From the NCBI GenBank assembly GCA_002269645.1, contig NIVC01002323.1:119779-183778 (forward strand): a stretch of DNA of 64,000 nucleotides, given 5' to 3'. Shown one piece after another: positions 40,401 to 64,000 of this stretch. The stretch is from Macrostomum lignano. Its lineage: Eukaryota. Position 1 is the stretch's first letter. Every line of letters starts with the position of its first letter. Under the pieces are notes generated by a model. It saw only the letters and a program-made list of their open reading frames with translations, had not been told where the DNA came from and did not search any database. Made by a program: the position numbers and the translations under genes.

Positions 40401-43400
40401 TCATCCTCTGCTCCCTCATCCTCTGCTCCCTCATCCTCTGCTCCCTCATCCTCTGCTCCCTCATCCTCTGCTCCCTCATCCTCTGCTCCCTCATCCTCTG
40501 CTCCCTCATCCTCTGCTCCCTCATCCTCTGCTCCCTCATCCTCTGCTCCCTCATCCTCTGCTCCCTCATCCTCTGCTCCCTCATCCTCCACTCCCTCATC
40601 CTTCCATCCTTCACTCCTCCGTTCCTTCTCTAGCTTTTGCAAGTAAATAAAATGTATAGCCCCCATTTTAACCTAAGTTACTACTAAAGGTTACTAAACT
40701 TAGTAGTCACACTAGAATTCACTTATCATGACACACTCTACACTCTGCACGCAGTTGCACGAGGGTAAGTTGCACTGGATTTTTCCATTTCTCCTGGCTT
40801 GCGGTGCAGGCAAAGCTATACAAATCTATTTTCCAGACTGGAATGCACGCAATAGCTGCCTCTGTGTGTGTATGCGTGTGCTTGTGTGACTTTGCTTTCG
40901 TCAGCTATCTGTTATCGAAGTTTCCTTTTAAGTGCATGCATAGTATGTCTGCTTTTCTTTTAGCGCGTACGCTCTTATCTGTTTCGTACCAGAACATTTT
41001 GGTTTTACCGTTCTTAAGCGATTAAAACTATTCATGCTTACGATTGATGTGGGCTTAAAGCCACTTAAATTCTGGCCGGTTAAAGATACATGACAATGGC
41101 CACTTAAGTAGTGGTAGACATGCAGTATAGTATTCAAGATTACAATAAGCGGTAACAGAGTCACACCGTACCCTCTAAGTGAGGTGGCAGAGTCACACCA
41201 TGGAATCTGAGAGTCACTCCATAGTATCTGAGTGAGGTGGCAGAGAGTCAACCCATGGAATCTGAGAGTCACACCATGGAATCTGAGAGTCACACCATGG
41301 AATCTGAGAGTCACACCATGGAATCTGAGAGTCACACCATGGAATCTGAGATTCACACCATGAAATCTGAGAGTCACACCATGGAATCTGAGAGTCACAC
41401 CATGGAATCTGAGAGTCACACCATGGAATCTGAGAGTCACACCATAGAATCTGAGTGAGGTGGCAGAGAGTCGCACCATGGAATCTGAGATGCACACCAT
41501 GGAATCTGAGATTCACACCATGGAATCTGAGATGCACACCATGGAATCTGGGAGTCACACCATGAAATCTGAGGGTCACACCATGGAATCGAGAGTCACA
41601 CCATAGAATCTGAGTGAGGTGGCAGAGAGTCGCACCATGGAATCTGAGAGTCACACCATAGAATCCGAGTGAGGTGGCAGAGAGTCACACCATAGAATCT
41701 GAGTGAGGTATCAGGGTGCACCACTTGCCCAGCAATGGTCACTAAGACTCACAATTATCGCTATTCTGAGGCTCCAAACTCTCTGTCGCAAGCAGCACTC
41801 GCAGCGCAGGCCTTGCGCAGCCGGCCACCACAGATTCCGGACCCTCATTCCCCATAGCCAGATCCGGACTGGCAAAGAAATCCGCCCTGTCGCGCCTGTG
41901 CCAGTCGGCTGGAAGCGGGTGCAGCCGGGAGCCTCGGGGGTACACCTGGGCGAATTGGCGACCTAGGCGACCCGACACCAGCACGCTGACGTCCCCGAAG
42001 CTCAGTGGGCGTCCAACTTGTGCAGTGAGAGATGTCAAAACGTCAGAGGCTTGCTCAAAGCCTGCCTGATTTTGGAAAAGGAAAAGTACATGATGATACA
42101 AGTTCAAGCTACACAATGTGGTACTCTCAGCTACACAAAGTGGCACTCTCTTAGCTACACAAAGTGGCACTCTCAGCTACACAAAGTGGCACTCTCAGCT
42201 ACACAAAGTGGCACTCTCAGCTACACAAAGTGGCACTCTCAGCTACACAAAGTGGCACTCTCAGCTACACAAAGTGGCACTCTCAGCTATACAAAGTGGC
42301 ACTCTCTCAGCTACACAAAGTGGCACTCTCAGCTACACAAAGTGGCACTCTCAACTACACAAAGCGGCACTCTTAGCTACACAAAGTGGCACTCTCTCAG
42401 CTACACAAAGTGGCACTCTTAGCTACACAAAGTGGCACTCTCAGCTACACAAAGTGGCACTCTTAGCTACACAAAGTGGCACTCTCAGCTACACAAAGTG
42501 GCACTCTCAGCTACACAAAGCGGCACTCTCAGCTACACAAAGCGGCACTCTCAGCTACACAAAGCGGCACTTTTAGCTACACAAAGTGGCACTCTTAGCT
42601 ACACAAAGTGGCACTCTCAGCTACACAAAGTGGCACTCTCAGCTACACAAAGTGGCACTCTCAGCTACACAAAGCGGCACTCTCAGCTACACAAAGCGGC
42701 ACTCTCAGCTACACAAAGCGGCACTTTCAGCTACACAAAGTGGTACTCTTAGCTACACAAAGTGGCACTATCAGCTACACAAAGTGGCACTTTCAGCTAC
42801 ACAAAGTGGTACTCTTAGCTACACAAAGTGGCACTCTCAGCTACACAAAGTGGCACTCTCAGCTACACAAAGTGGCACTCTTAGCTACACAAAGTGGCAC
42901 TCTCAGCTACACAAAGTGGCACTCTTAGCTACACAAAGTGGCACTCTCAGCTACACAAAGCGGCACTCTCAGCTACACAAAGTGGCACCCTCAGCTACAC
43001 AAAGTGGCACTCTTAGCTACACAAAGTGGCACTCTCAGCTACACAAAGTGGCACTCTCAGCTACACAAAGTGGCACTCTCAGCTACACAAAGTGGCACTC
43101 TCTTAGCTACACAAAGTGGCACTCTTAGCTACACAAAGTGGCACTCTCAGCTACACAAAGTGGCACTCTCAGCTACACAAAGTGGCACTCTTAGCTACAC
43201 AAAGTGGCACTCTTAGCTTCACAAAGTGGCACTCTCAGCTACACAAAGTGGCACTCTCAGCTACACAAAGTGGCACTCTCAGCTACACAAAGCGGCACTC
43301 TCAGCTACACAAAGCGGCACTTTCAGCTACACAAAGTGGTACTCTTAGCTACACAAAGTGGCACTATCAGCTACACAAAGTGGCACTCTCAGCTACACAA

Positions 43401-44109
43401 AGCGGCACTCTCAGCTACACAAAGCGGCACTTTCAGCTACACAAAGTGGTACTCTTAGCTACACAAAGTGGCACTCTCAGCTACACAAAGTGGCACTCTC
43501 AGCTACACAAAGTGGCACTCTTAGCTACACAAAGTGGCACTCTCAGCTACACAAAGTGGCACTCTTAGCTACACAAAGTGGCACTCTCAGCTACACAAAG
43601 CGGCACTCTCAGCTACACAAAGTGGCACCCTCAGCTACACAAAGTGGCACTCTTAGCTACACAAAGTGGCACTCTCAGCTACACAAAGTGGCACTCTCAG
43701 CTACACAAAGTGGCACTCTCAGCTACACAAAGTGGCACTCTCAGATACACAAAGTGGCACTCTTAGCTACACAAAGTGGCACTCTCAGCTACACAAAGTG
43801 GCACTCTCAGCTACACAAAGTGGCACTCTTAGCTACACAAAGTGGCACTCTTAGCTTCACAAAGTGGCACTCTCAGCTTTCAGCCATCTAGAGAGGTGAT
43901 GCTGAGGATACCCGGATGTTCTGCAGCAGCAAGGCGTACTGCTCCACTGACAGTGAAATTGCAGAATCTTCCTCCAAGAACACCAGCAGCTTCCTATAGC
44001 GACCATCAGTCAGGCGAAGCTCGCTCCTTTTGCTAGCAACAAAGTCTGGCTGAGTCGCGATGCAGATTGAGATCAAAGCAGTCAGTGCAATGCTTTGTTT
44101 TAGAAGCAT
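34435..44109 (-). CDS. CLCA: About 960-aa CLCA-like protein (N-terminal zincin-like/Cys-rich, vWA, beta-sheet, FnIII, GPI-like tail), protease motif degenerate
   Basis: Exons (minus strand) 44109-43912, 42065-41753, 39746-39190, 38372-38145, 36901-36581, 36354-36103, 36004-35653, 35453-35169, 34811-34435. Total 2883 nt, phases compatible. CLCA hallmarks: YRWGLLSE, ASFLF...FCD...HN..A.NL.N..C, VVVVMDTSGSM, GGTCIG, IILLSDGEE, NLTDNGAGADLKANDGTYS, ITDL...LSWTA. Confidence 0.92.
36990..38095 (+). repeat. 15-bp minisatellite CCTGGTGCTGGCGCC (about 55-58 near-perfect copies, then degenerate CTAAAGCCCCTG variants) in CLCA intron 4
   Basis: Direct inspection; source of the (WCWRP)n and (LVLAP)n ORFs. 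Confidence 0.98.
38445..39145 (+). repeat. 23-24-bp minisatellite (GACGAATCTCGGGAGTATCTTGGT) in CLCA intron 3
   Basis: About 28 copies. Confidence 0.95.
39868..40612 (+). repeat. 15-bp pyrimidine-rich minisatellite (CTCATCCTCTGCTCC) in CLCA intron 2
   Basis: About 49 copies. Confidence 0.97.
41165..41706 (+). repeat. 21-bp minisatellite (GAGAGTCACACCATGGAATCT) in CLCA intron 2
   Basis: About 23 copies. Confidence 0.95.
42107..43877 (+). repeat. 22-bp minisatellite (AGCTACACAAAGTGGCACTCTC) filling CLCA intron 1
   Basis: About 80 copies. Confidence 0.98.
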
Positions 44110-44169
44110 TTCTCTTTAAGAAGTCGGCTTCCGGGAAATTCAGATTTTTAGACTTGTAAAGCGGCTTGA

Positions 44170-44204
44170 AAATGACAATCAAACTTCAGGTTCCTCTATA
44201 TATA
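44170..44204 (-). promoter_or_regulatory. TATA box + Initiator of the CLCA-like gene
   Basis: Minus-strand TATATATAG starts at 44204. Inr-like TCATTT has its A at 44173, 31 nt downstream. ATG at 44109. Confidence 0.55.
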
Positions 44205-45258
44205 CATCGACTACAGCTCGTTAGTTGCTACTTTTAGTAGCAGCAATGACACAGAAATATTACGTTAAATTAATTTTTTCAACAAATTGCGATTCCAAAA
44301 CACTGTTATTTATCAAATAATATACATTTCAATCATTTTCTGACAGCTATTCTGCTATTCTAAGCCTTCGCAAAAACCTTAACAATTAAGAATCTTTTGG
44401 CGCAATTTGTCGTACTCGTACAATTAATAACCGACGAGAGCAAACGTTAAGGTTCGTTTGAAATTCTCGGACTAAATGGGTCTTGCAAATGGCTACGCTA
44501 CTTGCGTATTGCGTATATCCACACTCCTCAGAGCGACTCTGCGTTTCTGCTGGGCCATGGTTGGCACTGACAAAACTGGCGTCTGCTGCGTGACCCCCAC
44601 CAGACATTCCGACAGCAATAAAGATCCTGAGACCCGCGGCTGCCAACTCCGCTTTCTCCCCCTCCTCTACTCATATGGTTGCGCTTAATTATTCATTTGG
44701 CCGTCAGTCGGTGAGCTCAGTGAGATCTGTAAAACGGTTAGTCCTCCTGTGTAGTTTGGTCGGTCCAGTGTGCAGTCGGTTTTCAACAATCTATACAACA
44801 TCCTAAACAAATTCCAATTGAATTGATTATTTATTAGAAACAATCCCCTCAATCATCGGCTCTGCTTCAAGTTCTCCGATTTGCTGGTACAAGCAGACGG
44901 CAGTTCGCAGAGGAGAGAGACGGGTGCTCATAGTAGAAAACCGACTCAAGCCAATAACAGCGCGTCTGCATGGCAAGAATTTAGCTTGGAAATTTTTAAA
45001 AAGAGCGCAGAGTCGAGACAGACTCTCGGTCGAAAGCAGTCCCTAACGAGGGGTTCTTTTCTCGCGTTTTAAAAAGCCTTTTTGTTTGGCTATATAGAAG
45101 CGCAGCCCCCTTCACTTTTCTCGGGTTATTTTATTGTCCTGCTCAACTTGACCCACCCAGCTCGCTACCGTCAGGCCTGGCCCACCCATCTACACTGCAG
45201 CTCTGCATAAGCTCACACCCACTCACTCGGAGCCAGTCTGGTCTCTATCTTCTCAACC

Positions 45259-45292
45259 TATATTTAAGCTTGGTATTTTGCTAATAAACATT
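45259..45292 (+). promoter_or_regulatory. Possible TATA/Inr of the cadherin gene
   Basis: TATATTTAA at 45259, CATT with A at 45290 (+31), ATG at 45438. An alternative TATATAG lies at 45091. Confidence 0.35.
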
Positions 45293-45437
45293 CCTCAAGG
45301 TTAACGTTGGACAATAGAAGCATTTTAGAATGGAAATCTTTCCCAACAAATACCATGTTATTGCTTGTTGATTGAAACTGAGACAGAAATAAACAACAGA
45401 AAATTCCCTCACATCGAGGCAAAATTTGCAATAAAAA

Positions 45438-64000
<18,563 letters not shown>

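Noticed and set aside
39777-40666. Ser/Pro-rich, (MREQR)n and (EDEGA)n ORFs
   Set aside because: 15-bp minisatellite in CLCA intron 2, not coding.
42018-43891. Many overlapping SATQSGTLSYTKWH ORFs
   Set aside because: 22-bp array in CLCA intron 1.

Overview
Eukaryotic (animal) genomic DNA with spliceosomal GT-AG introns and very dense intronic mini/microsatellites. The repeat style and EGF-protein architecture suggest a free-living flatworm such as Macrostomum (inference only). Hand-built gene models, with splice phases checked: (1) a small intronless single-pass membrane ORF (493-771,+); (2) a 9-exon winged-helix + PNP/UDP-phosphorylase-fold gene (6286-16839,+); (3) a 6-exon secreted/anchored EGF+TSP1 gene (29923-33199,+); (4) a 9-exon CLCA-like vWA protein whose zinc-protease motif is degenerate (34435-44109,-); (5) a giant cadherin of at least 25 exons that runs off the window and carries two 1-nt frameshifts (45438->64000,+). 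Mobile DNA: a mariner end, MITEs with PIF-, MULE-, hAT- and Tc1-like ends, a foldback element, and a 9.8-kb CACTA/EnSpm-like element with a decayed Loa/Lian-like LINE nested inside it. The most notable observations are the pseudo-protease CLCA (autocleavage loop lost, polybasic site present), the ATP-nucleosidase-like PNP domain fused to a winged helix, an intron bracketed by mutually complementary satellite arms, a sense-strand GATTC bias across unrelated intronic minisatellites, a NAGNAG acceptor that toggles stop vs Trp, and a perfect RFX X-box in a cadherin intron. No rRNA, tRNA or CRISPR array could be supported. Most short ORFs in the supplied track are repeat artefacts.
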